Positions 23,881 to 34,238 of a DNA stretch of 44,654 nt are shown here, piece after piece. This DNA is from Octopus bimaculoides (Eukaryota): NCBI RefSeq assembly GCF_001194135.2, contig NC_068988.1, positions 18,789,329-18,833,982 of the forward strand, given 5' to 3'. The position numbers and the translations under genes were made by a program. The first letter of the stretch is position 1. Every line of letters begins with the position of its first letter. The notes beneath the pieces are model-generated. The model saw nothing but the letters and a program-made list of their open reading frames with translations, was not told where the DNA came from and ran no database searches.

Positions 23881-24562
23881 GTTGTTGTTGTTGGCACTCC
23901 GTCACTTACGACGTCGAGGGTTCCAGTTGATTCGATCAACGGAACAGCCTGCTTGTGAAATTAACGTGCAAGTGGCTGAGCACTCCACAGACACGTGTAC
24001 CCTTAACGTAGTTCTCGGGGATATTCAGCATGACATAGTGTGACAAGGTTGGCCCTTTGAATTACAGGCACAACAGAAACAGGAAGTAAGAGTGAGAGAA
24101 AGTTGTGGTTAAAGAGTACAGCAGGGTTCGCCGCCATCCACTGCCGGAGCCTCGTGGAGCTTTAGGTGTTTTCGCTCAATAAACACTCACAACGCCCGGT
24201 TTGGGAATCGAAACCNNNNNNNNNNGATCAACGGAACAGCCTGCTTGTGAAATTAACGTGCAAGTGGCTGAGCACTCCACAGACACGTGTACCCTTAACG
24301 TAGTTCTCGGGGATATTCAGCATGACATAGTGTGACAAGGTTGGCCCTTTGAATTACAGGCACAACAGAAACAGGAAGTAAGAGTGAGAGAAAGTTGTGG
24401 TTAAAGAGTACAGCAGGGTTCGCCGCCATCCACTGCCGGAGCCTCGTGGAGCTTTAGGTGTTTTCGCTCAATAAACACTCACAACGCCCGGTTTGGGAAT
24501 CGAAACCGTGATCCTATGACCGCGAGTCCGCTGCCCTTACCACTGGGCCATTGCGCCTCCAC
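23881..24562 (-). mobile_element. SINE family C, one insertion shown twice by an assembly overlap
   Basis: tRNA-like head, (CAA)n tail, perfect 11-bp TSD TAATAGATATC (23870-23880 and 24563-24573); the internal repeat is split by a 10-N gap. Confidence 0.92.
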
Positions 24563-24876
24563 TAATAGATATCAGAATGTAGGCAAAACTGTACTAGTTA
24601 AAATAGTTTTTTCATGCATGGAAGGAAACTTTTTCAAACTAAGAATCCTTTATATTTAGAAAGATATTTTTATGTAAACAACTTTATATACAAAGAATGT
24701 CTTGTTGCTAATCTAGAGAGATTTTTCGTAGCTGTTCTTGTTCTTAGTGATTTTCTTTCTTTCTTTCTTTCTTAACCAAAGAGCTATGTTTGCTTCTACT
24801 GCTGTGCTTTTGTACTTGTGGTTCATAACGATGATGGTGATAATGTTGTTGCTGCTACTACTGATAATGGTGATCG

Positions 24877-24910
<34 letters not shown>

Positions 24911-25146
24911 GGTGATGGAGATGATGTTGGCGACGACAGTGCTATCAATGTCATAGTCCAAATTATTATTTTTGGGTAGTACTAATTGGTATTCATTATG
25001 GAAACAAGAGAATATATCTGCATTATTTTCAGCTATACATAATTTTCTACTCGGTTTTCCATGTCTACTAATCTGTATAGTTGTAATAACATATATACCA
25101 GTAAAATATGAAAAAAAAATGTATAAAAGCAAGACAGAATTAAAGA

Positions 25147-25196
<50 letters not shown>

Positions 25197-25524
25197 NNNN
25201 NNNNNNNNNNNNNNNNNNNNNNNNNNNNNNNNNNNNNNNNNNNNNNNNNNNNNNNNNNNNNNNNNNNNNNNNNNNNNNNNNNNNNNNNNNNNNNNNNNNN
25301 NNNNNNNNNNNNNNNNNNNNNNNNNNNNNNNNNNNNNNNNNNNNNNNNNNNNNNNNNNNNNNNNNNNNNNNNNNNNNNNNNNNNNNNNNNNNNNNNNNNN
25401 NNNNNNNNNNNNNNNNNNNNNNNNNNNNNNNNNNNNNNNNNNNNNNNNNNNNNNNNNNNNNNNNNNNNNNNNNNNNNNNNNNNNNNNNNNNNNNNNNNNN
25501 NNNNNNNNNNNNNNNNNNNNNNNN

Positions 25525-25577
<53 letters not shown>

Positions 25578-25619
25578 TACACACACACGTATGCCTTTGG
25601 TTGCTATTAAAATAATATG

Positions 25620-25970
25620 GTAGCTAAAAAGCACCTGCAGCAACATTATCACCAGCACCGCCTCGACTATCAAGAACAAGAACAGCAACAACAACAAAGC
25701 GATTACTATCGCAAACTTTGATTATTTTTTTCTTAATTACAGGAAAGAATATCCTTACTGTCCTCATCGTACTGAAGTGACAAGTGAAAGCCGACTACGC
25801 CAGCATAGTCCCAACAACAACAACAAGAACACAAACAGCATCAAGAACAAGAACAACAGCAGCAACAAATGCAGCAGTAGCAGCAACAGCAGCTTCATCA
25901 TTATCGTCGTTATCATCATACTCATCATCATCATCATCTGCAGCAACAGCTACAACAGCAAAGACATATA
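25620..25970. repeat. (CAA)/(CAG)/(CAT) low-complexity tract
   Basis: Directly visible. Confidence 0.8.
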
Positions 25971-26059
25971 TATATATATATATATACATACATACATATG
26001 TACGGACATGCATGTAGATGTACACACTTATACAGAGAGAAAGAAGGAGAAAGAGATAA

Positions 26060-26260
26060 CGGGATTGTTGTGTCTATCACCTCACCACCACCTCTTGATA
26101 ACGGGCATTGTCACCGTAACTTAGAAGCCCGACAAAAGAAACCGATAGAATGGGTTCCAGATATAAAAGAAGAAGTACAGGAATTGATTCCTTCGACAAT
26201 GTCTTCAAGACAATGTTCCAAAATGGCCGCAGTACTATTACTGAAACAAGAATTAAGAAA
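26060..26260 (+). mobile_element. Diverged SINE family B, 3' half
   Basis: CCGTAACTTAG...CGACAAAAGAAACCGATAGAAT...CCAAAATGGCCGCAGT. Confidence 0.7.
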
Positions 26261-26330
26261 AAAAGATAGACGTGCGATTAACCTCTGTCTTCTATTGCTA
26301 ATACAATAGTTCTAACATCTTAAATATTAT

Positions 26331-26542
26331 GGCGGCGAGCTGGCAGAAACGTTAGAACGCCGGGCGAAATGCTTAGTGATATTTCGTCTGTCTTTACGTT
26401 CTGAGTTCAAATTCCGCTGAGGTCGACTTTGCCTTTCATCCTTTCGGGGTCGATAAATTAAGTACCAGTTGTGTACTGGCATCTATCTAATCGACTGGTT
26501 TCCTTCTAGACATGGCCCCTCATGTCTAGAGTAGAAAAGAAT
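26331..26542 (+). mobile_element. SINE family A, full length
   Basis: GGCGGCGAGCTGGCAGAAACGTTAG...CTAGAGTAGAAAAGAAT. Confidence 0.92.
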
Positions 26543-27019
26543 ATCTTACAACTCCTGTATTACGTACTACGTTATGTTACAAGCACATCCAGCTCACAAA
26601 TATCTTTATATTTCGTCGCCTACGTTGTGCTCCATACTCCGATGACACCATAGACACTGTACTCACCAGCCCTTAACTATTCTTCATCAAAGATACAAGC
26701 CTTTACAACCCACCCAGCTAGTAAACATGATCTTCAGAAGGTCAAATCACACACGAACAGCTCTGATTGGCTAAATCTAGAAACATCAAGGATGTTGCTC
26801 ATCCGCCTTTCACTAATTGAAAAAGCAAAGTAAGAAAGTAGTAAAAACAAAAAACAAAAAACAAAAAAGAAATCAAGCAAAATAAACGTCTGTTTCGCCC
26901 GTTCCTTCCCACCAAAAATCAACCTCACAGATGTAAATACAGACGTGTGTGCGTGTGTCTGCATTTGTGCGTGTGTATAACAGAATGCAATACAATATAT
27001 AATTAGGTATAAATGTGTA

Positions 27020-27412
27020 GTAAGAAGTTTGCTTTCCAACTACATAGTTCTGGGTTCAGTCCCACTGTGTAGCACCTTGGGCAAGTGTCTTCTACTATAG
27101 CTTCGGGCCGACCAGAGCCTTGTAAGTAGATTTGATAGACGGAAATTATAAGAAGTTCGTCGCATATATATACATATATAAACTAATTATTCATGGCAAG
27201 CGAGTAAGTGCAAATTCTGAAGCCGTTGTGTTCGTGGGGTTTGTAGAATTGTTCGTCTTTATGTGCACTGGGTTGTATTATACTGATAATGGAAAAAAAG
27301 TGGTTTCCCTTTAATCCTGAAATCAATTGATATGTAATTAAACCTTTTCATGAACCTTTTTCGTTTAGTTGCTCGAATTCGGCGCGTATATATTAGACAC
27401 ATTTCTCCTCTT

Positions 27413-27443
<31 letters not shown>

Positions 27444-27660
27444 GATATGTATATGTATGTATTTGTGTCTCATTGTCCCCTCAACATCGCTTCATAACCG
27501 ATGTTGGTGTGTTTACGTCCCCGTAACTTAGCGATTCGACAAAAGAGACCGATAAAATAAGTACTAGGCTTACAAAGAGTAAGTCCTGGGGTCGATTTGT
27601 TTGACTAAAGGCCGTGGTCCAGCATGGCCGCAGTCAAATGACTGAAATAAGTAAAAGCAT
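27020..27660 (+). mobile_element. SINE family B, head and tail separated by microsatellite and unrelated sequence
   Basis: Head 27020-27165 (GGGTTCAGTCCCACTG...CTTGGGCAAGTG); tail 27455-27660 (CCAGCATGGCCGCAGTCAAATGACTGAAA). Confidence 0.88.
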
Positions 27661-28141
27661 AAAAGAACATATATATATGTATGTATTTGTGTCTCATTGT
27701 CCCCTCAACATCGCTTCATAACCGATGTTGGTGTGNNNNNNNNNNNNNNNNNNNNNNNNNNNNNNNNNNNNNNNNNNNNNNNNNNNNNNNNNNNNNNNNN
27801 NNNNNNNNNNNNNNNNNNNNNNNNNNNNNNNNNNNNNNNNNNNNNNNNNNNNNNNNNNNNNNNNNNNNNACTGTCTGTTTTTTATGTTTTATTTATATTC
27901 CTGCAGAACTAATGTGGGGTATAGAATATGGAATATACAATATATAATATGATATACAATATACAATATAAAATAAAATAACATAAAAATGGATGGCACC
28001 ATGAAAGAAAGTATTGAATGTAGATGAAATATTGAGTGTTCAATATAAAGGATCAAATATATAAATATATAAATATAAATATATATATATAAAGGCGACT
28101 CGAGTTTCAGGGCTATTTCCCTTCGTCATGGCCGGTATGAC

Positions 28142-28174
<33 letters not shown>

Positions 28175-28255
28175 CACTATCATCATTATCATCATCGTCG
28201 TTTAATATCTCTTTTTTCATGCTGGCATGGGTTGGACATTTTGATAGGACCCGCT
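28175..28255 (-). mobile_element. Retroposon 3' tail, family G
   Basis: CATCATCGTCGTTTAA...CATGCTGGCATGGGTTGGAC, reverse complement of 2505-2550. Confidence 0.65.
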
Positions 28256-29521
28256 AAGCCGCTGATAGATAGGTAGATTGATACATAGGAAGTTATATAT
28301 ATATATGCTCATGAACTGTGCGCGCTTTGTGTGACTGTGAGTGCGCGCGCGCGTGTATGTGTCTGTGCGTGCGCGTCTAAGTGCAGGCGGATCTAGTGTT
28401 CTATACATTATCTTTCATTTTACTTTGTCGCAGGAAACAGACTGACAGAACGTTAAAGAAAGCTAAGAAAATACGTGACGATATAATACGATCACTAGTT
28501 GGCATGACGATGTAATAAGCTTGCTATGTAAAATACCAGATGTCCACTTAAGATCATCCCGTGGCTCTCTATAAGGCAGACGTTTGATACCCGAAGCCCA
28601 GTCTTACGATTTACCGGAAGCGCTAAGGTCAAAGTACGACTTACATCCTTTCCAAATAAGACTTAAAGACAAGAGGTTCTTTTTATGTGTATTCGATACA
28701 TATACATAGATAAATGCATACGTGCAGTTTATATATANNNNNNNNNNNNNNNNNNNNNNNNNNNNNNNNNNNNNNNNNNNNNNNNNNNNNNNNNNNNNNN
28801 NNNNNNNNNNNNNNNNNNNNNNNNNNNNNNNNNNNNNNNNNNNNNNNNNNNNNNNNNNNNNNNNNNNNNNNNNNNNNNNNNNNNNNNNNNNNNNNNNNNN
28901 NNNNNNNNNNNNNNNNNNNNNNNNNNNNNNNNNNNNNNNNNNNNNNNNNNNNNNNNNNNNNNNNNNNNNNNNNNNNNNNNNNNNNNNNNNNNNNNNNNNN
29001 NNNNNNNNNNNNNNNNNNNNNNNNNNNNNNNNNNNNNNNNNNNNNNNNNNNNNNNNNNNNNNNNNNNNNNNNNNNNNNNNNNNNNNNNNNNNNNNNNNNN
29101 NNNNNNNNNNNNNNNNNNNNNNNNNNNNNNNNNNNNNNNNNNNNNNNNNNNNNNNNNNNNNNNNNNNNNNNNNNNNNNNNNNNNNNNNNNNNNNNNNNNN
29201 NNNNNNNNNNNNNNNNNNNNNNNNNNNNNNNNNNNNNNNNNNNNNNNNNNNNNNNNNNNNNNNNNNNNNNNNNNNNNNNNNNNNNNNNNNNNNNNNNNNN
29301 NNNNNNNNNNNNNNNNNNNNNNNNNNNNNNNNNNNNNNNNNNNNNNNNNNNNNNNNNNNNNNNNNNNNNNNNNNNNATACATACATACATGCACACACAC
29401 GCATCTATTTACACACTCACATGCACACACACATACATAATGTGCAACCTTTACGAACAAATCCGGATAACTAATTACAAAATATGCCCATTTACATATA
29501 TAGAAATATGTGTGCGTGCGC

Positions 29522-29568
<47 letters not shown>

Positions 29569-29753
29569 CACACACACTCACACACACACACACACACACA
29601 CACAAGACAGTCAGGTAATATGTATGAACGCCGCTTTGCACAGAAGAATAAGACAAAAATAAACAGGTCGATAGACAGGTAGATATCTATGTAGTTATAG
29701 TTAGATTAATAGTCGGGCATTTGCAAAAAGTGATTTAATTGATTAACTGCTGC

Positions 29754-29820
29754 TGTTGTTGTTGATGTTGTTTATCCCGATCAAAGGCACTCCACTCATG
29801 ACCAGCTATCCTTTTATGGG
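29754..29820 (-). mobile_element. Repeat family E tail fragment
   Basis: (GTT)n then GATCAAAGGCACTCCACTCATGACC. Confidence 0.5.
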
Positions 29821-30550
29821 TTGGTAGAACTGCATTATCTTAAATATGTTTTCACTCCTAGATGAGTATTTAAGTTTAGATTTAGCCGCGAATTCTAATA
29901 AATCAAGCAGTGGCGGCTCGTTTATAGACACTGCGCATCAGCAGCATCCCCTATTTCCACTCGATATCATCGATAACATTCAATATAAGGAGTCCTTTTT
30001 TTCTTTAATTCTTTTCCATACTTGTACATTATATAATCCTTAAGCTTAATGTCAGTAACCATCCACCAGTTTAAGAAAAAAAAACCAAAAAAAAACATTG
30101 CAAACATCCTTGTATAGAAGTCCAGCGACGCGGTGTTTGGTTGTTGTGCGCATGCTCACATGTCCGAGACAGGAAGCTTCACGCTAGGGAGAGATAGCAC
30201 TGTCGTTCACGCAGTGCCGATGAAATGTAGTATTTCTTTTTTGACTCCACGTGTGTTGTGCTTAAAAACGTGTTTATATTCTTGAATGAGATAAAATGTA
30301 GAATTAGATTATTATCCTGCTTACAGCTTCAATGTTGCTGCCAGAATTTGAAAAGTAGGGCAGATTTCCGCCCCCTTATTTGGTGATTGAGGGGTGTTAT
30401 TTTGAAAACAAGGAGAAATTCGTGGCGGTGTTCAGTGAACAAATTGAACACACTACCCGGCAGTGGCTAAAACGCGAACCGATCAAGTCTATGTCTAAAT
30501 ATTCTTTTTATATGTTTGTTTCTTTCTACACAATATTTAAAAAAACGGTA

Positions 30551-30775
30551 AGACGGCGAGCTGGCAGAAACGTTAGCATGATGGGCGAAATACTTAGCAG
30601 TATTTCCTCTGTCTTTACGTTCTGAGCTCAAATTCCGCCGAGGTCAACTTTGCCTTTCATCCTTTCGGAGTCGATAAATTAAGTATCAGTTGCGTACTGG
30701 CATCTATCTAATCGACTGCTCCCCCCCCCCACCACCACACCCAAATTTCGGGCCTTGTGCCTAGAGTAGAAAAGT
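30551..30775 (+). mobile_element. SINE family A, full length
   Basis: ACGGCGAGCTGGCAGAAACGTTAG...GGCCTTGTGCCTAGAGTAGAAAAG. Confidence 0.92.
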
Positions 30776-30883
30776 ATATTAAAACAACGGTTAAAAATTT
30801 TCTGGAGCAGCACTCCAACTAATTTTATCAACGAGCCACCACTGAAATCAAGTAACTATGTAGCGTGGTCATTGGTCATGTCT

Positions 30884-30990
30884 TTGTTTCGTTTAGCCCA
30901 AGGTCATCCCTCAATGAGTCGATTTATGATTAAAAGCGTTCCAGCTGTGGCCATTCAGTCTCTTTTTAGGTGTATGTGGGACCAGATTAT
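30884..30990 (-). mobile_element. Repeat family E fragment
   Basis: GTTTAGCCCAAGGTCA...TATGATTAAAAGCGTTCCAGCTGTGGCCAT. Confidence 0.55.
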
Positions 30991-31081
30991 CTAGTTTATT
31001 CTTTCCTTATATGAGACAGTTATCTTTTTGATTTAACTTTATAATATCTGCATGAAAGAAAGCGGATGAACACTCCTTCGA

Positions 31082-31145
31082 AGCTGCGCAAATGGACATC
31101 TGCACAAATGCACAGCTGCGCAGACGCATAGCTGCACGAATGCAC
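31082..31145. repeat. 16-bp GC-rich tandem repeat x4 (AGCTGCRCARATGCAC)
   Basis: Units start at 31082, 31098, 31114 and 31130, then decay to about 31190. Confidence 0.8.
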
Positions 31146-31478
31146 TGCTGCGATGAGGTGCACGACAACGCAGGTGTCCGGCTGCGCAGTCGCTGTATTG
31201 ATATCGGTAGTTCAAATTTACAGAGGTGTGTTAAATATATCGCAGAGAAATTTGAATGACAAGCTCTAAATTTGAATTTAAATATATATTTTTGTGTCCA
31301 AAGTACCCAGCATCGAATTAGAGGTAGAATTGACGTGCATTAAGGAGTCTGTATCTCATACAAAAAAGAAGACAAGATGGTCACAGTTGGAGACCCTCAG
31401 ATCATCGACAGATCTATTCATTCAAGAGTTAAACAATCACAACATATACAGCAATTAACGCAACCCCCCATCAACACA

Positions 31479-31657
31479 GTGTCTAGGATATTTACCCCCC
31501 ATGGACAATAATCCCTTAAGGACAATTATCATTGAGGATAAAAACTTTGTAATATATTAGAGATGGGGTAATTAATCAAGGGGGGGGGGTAATTGTCGTC
31601 GGGGGGGAGTTGTCCTATGGGAGGTAATTGTCCTAGGGGGTAATTGTGTCCTGATAC
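31479..31657. mobile_element. MITE-like element with reiterated GGACAATT/AATTGTCC and G-runs
   Basis: Left GTGTCTAGGATATTTACCCCCC-ATGGACAAT is an imperfect inverse of right GGGGGTAATTGTGTCCTGATAC; TSD not resolved. Confidence 0.55.
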
Positions 31658-31742
31658 GCCACCACCACCACCACCAATACTACCACCACCTCCACCACTA
31701 CCACCACCAGATTTACTGCGCTACTTGCTGCTGGTGCTGCTG

Positions 31743-31801
<59 letters not shown>

Positions 31802-31810
31802 GTTCTTGTT
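31655..31810. repeat. (CCA)/(CTA) microsatellite
   Basis: Directly visible. Confidence 0.9.
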
Positions 31811-32101
31811 GATGTCTCCGCCACCCCATTGGCAGTCCTCATCACCATTGTTAATGTCACAATGATTAGTGTAGTTTTATAGTAAAACAACACCAGCCGC
31901 CTTCTTATGTGACAGTAATGAAATTATGCTGTTGCTTTGATTGTCATCATGTCTGACCGTCTGTCTGCTTGTCAGTGAGTCCTCATATTAGTACGTCTGC
32001 TTGTTTTCTGCCCACGTATATCTCTCTACCTCTACGTAGGTTTGCCTGCCCGTCTAATTCTCCGTCTTTCTGCATGCCTGTCACTCTCTCTCTCTCTCCC
32101 C

Positions 32102-32147
<46 letters not shown>

Positions 32148-32161
32148 CGTCCGTCCGTCAT

Positions 32162-32208
<47 letters not shown>

Positions 32209-32231
32209 CTGGATATGTAAGTATACATATA

Positions 32232-32277
32232 TCTCATTTACTTGTTTTAGTCATTGGACTGCGGCCATGCTGGAGCA
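32232..32277 (-). mobile_element. SINE family B tail fragment
   Basis: TTTACTTGTTTTAGTCATTGGACTGCGGCCATGCTGGAGCA. Confidence 0.75.
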
Positions 32278-32279
32278 TA

Positions 32280-32488
32280 TACGAGTGGATCCTGAAAAGT
32301 TCTTGGCTTTGGATAAAAGAAAATATCGGAGGATCAGTTAATTATAATTTTATTCAACATTTTCCCTTCTCAGATTCACACACCTATTGCAGCGATCCCC
32401 CAATTTTTCTAAAGCCCTGTAAAAAAAACTCGGAAGGTCCGGCTTCTCACCAGGCCTATCGCCAGGAACTTTTCAGCACCCTTTCATA
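32280..32488 (-). mobile_element. Internally deleted Tc1/mariner derivative
   Basis: TIRs TACGAGTGGATCCTGAAAAGTTCTTGGC and GCCAGGAACTTTTCAGCACCCTTTCATA with TA ends; the minus strand encodes EKLGDRCNRCVNLRRENVE*, resembling the mariner transposase C-terminus. Confidence 0.8.
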
Positions 32489-32789
32489 CATATGAAAGTT
32501 TGTGATCGTGTACGCATGTGCGTATTTGACAATCGGCCATTTTAAGCAAATTGATATATTTTAATTTTACTTTCAAAAATCCCCCGATTTCTCTTTCTGT
32601 TCTCATTCTTCCTTCCTTCCTTCCTTCCTTTCACTTTTCTTTTCCGTTGTTTCCCATCTTATCCATCCTCATCGACTTCCCCTGTTATTGCTCTTTTCTC
32701 TACCTCTTCTTTATCGAACGTTTTACTTCAATAAATGTTGTTTCAATTTTTCGTATCCATGAAATGGATTTAATTGACTAGAAATGTGG

Positions 32790-33420
32790 AAGAATACGAA
32801 AGAAGATTGGAATAGAACAGAACAGAACAGAATAGAATAGAATATAATAGAATAGAATAGAATAGAATAGAATAGAATAGAGACATCAATCATTTGGTGT
32901 TTAAGTTAAATGTGAATTTGGATCTCTGGCTTAGAATAATCTATAGAATATAACAGAAATAATTATAAATGATATGAGATTGGACAATGCGGAATAAGTA
33001 AATATTATATAATAAAGTAAACCAGAATAGAATAGGATGAAATGGAATAGAAATATATTAGGATGAAATGAAGTAGAAAGACATAACAGAGCAGAATAAG
33101 TGGAATAGAATACAGGATAACATAACAGAATAAGTAGAGAAGAATATAAAATAAATAACGAAAAATAAATGTAATAAAACGGAATAGATTAGAATCGAAT
33201 AGTTTAGAATGAATGAGAATAAAATAGAAACGATTAAGGAAAAAGATCGTGGAAGAATAGAACAGAACAAAATGGAGAATAGACAAGAATACATTCGAAC
33301 AAAACTGAATAAAACATAATGGATCAAGGGAGAATATAGTATTGAATGTAAATATAAGAGAATGGAAAGAATAGGAATGAATAATTGCTCAAACTAAATA
33401 AAACAATGAAATAAATGTCA
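32790..33420. repeat. (AATAG)n satellite, pure then degenerate
   Basis: Directly visible. Confidence 0.85.
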
Positions 33421-33632
33421 TTGGGAGATTACATTAGATGTCTTGCCATGCAAAAACGATAACTCATACACGCAAAATTGATTTCCTACTCACAATAAAT
33501 TGTATTTTTTTCGTTGCCTTTTTTTTTTTTTAAGGAGACGATTGCAATGTAGCATTCATTGACTTATATTTACTAGTTTCAATCAGTGTACTGAAGCTAA
33601 ACTGAATATATTTTTAATTAATTATTTCATTC

Positions 33633-33790
33633 TGGTTTGACAGAATCGTTGTATCAGACAAAAAATGTCTTACGGAATTTAGTTACCTTCTTTTGTATAT
33701 TCTGAATTCAAGTCTCAGCCTGGTTAATTTTGTCTTTTAGCCTTCTGGGATCGATAAAATAAAGCATCAGTTGAATACTGGAGTGAACCT
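33633..33790 (+). mobile_element. Diverged SINE family A
   Basis: TTGACAGAATCGTT...GAATTCAAGTC...GGGATCGATAAAATAAAG. Confidence 0.65.
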
Positions 33791-33969
33791 AATGTTACCT
33801 TTAAGCTATTCTAGATGCGAATGGAATTATAACAGAAGACTGACATCTCAGTACATACCGCCATTTTAAGGCAATTAATAATGAACTTCATCTTTGTAAT
33901 AAACACAACACACACACACACACACATACACACATACACACACTCACATACGCACACACACTCACACAC

Positions 33970-34135
33970 ATACGACAGGCTTCTTCCAGTTTCCATTTTT
34001 CAAATCCACTCACAGCATATTGGTCAGCCCGAGGCTATAGTAGGAAGCACTTGCCCAAGGTGCCACGCAGTGGGACCGAAGTCGGAACCATGTGGTTGGG
34101 AGCAAACTTCTTACCACAGAGCTACACCTGCGTCT
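33970..34135 (-). mobile_element. SINE family B head
   Basis: ACGACAGGCTTCTTCCAGTTTCC...CACTTGCCCAAGGTGCCACGCAGTGGGACC. Confidence 0.85.
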
Positions 34136-34238
34136 ATAGATAGACAGATAGATAGATTAGATAGAATAGAATAGAATAGAATAGAATAGAATAGAATAGA
34201 ATAGAATAGAATAGATAGATAGATAGATAGATAGATAT
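34136..34238. repeat. (ATAG)/(AATAG) microsatellite
   Basis: Directly visible. Confidence 0.9.

Noticed and set aside
23934-24515. Apparent tandem duplication of SINE-C
   Set aside because: The two units look identical including private variants, are joined by a 10-N gap, and share one TSD pair, which points to an unmerged contig overlap.
25759-25771. Microexon-like strings (also 17804-17815, 21811-21813, 28645-28661)
   Set aside because: AG...GT pairs this short arise often by chance and cannot be tested without reads.
27451-27735. About 60-bp exact repeat (27451-27511 and 27675-27735)
   Set aside because: The second copy abuts an N gap, so assembly artefact cannot be separated from a real tandem SINE duplication.
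31082-31190. Metal-response-element array
   Set aside because: The units contain TGCRC but do not complete the TGCRCNC consensus.
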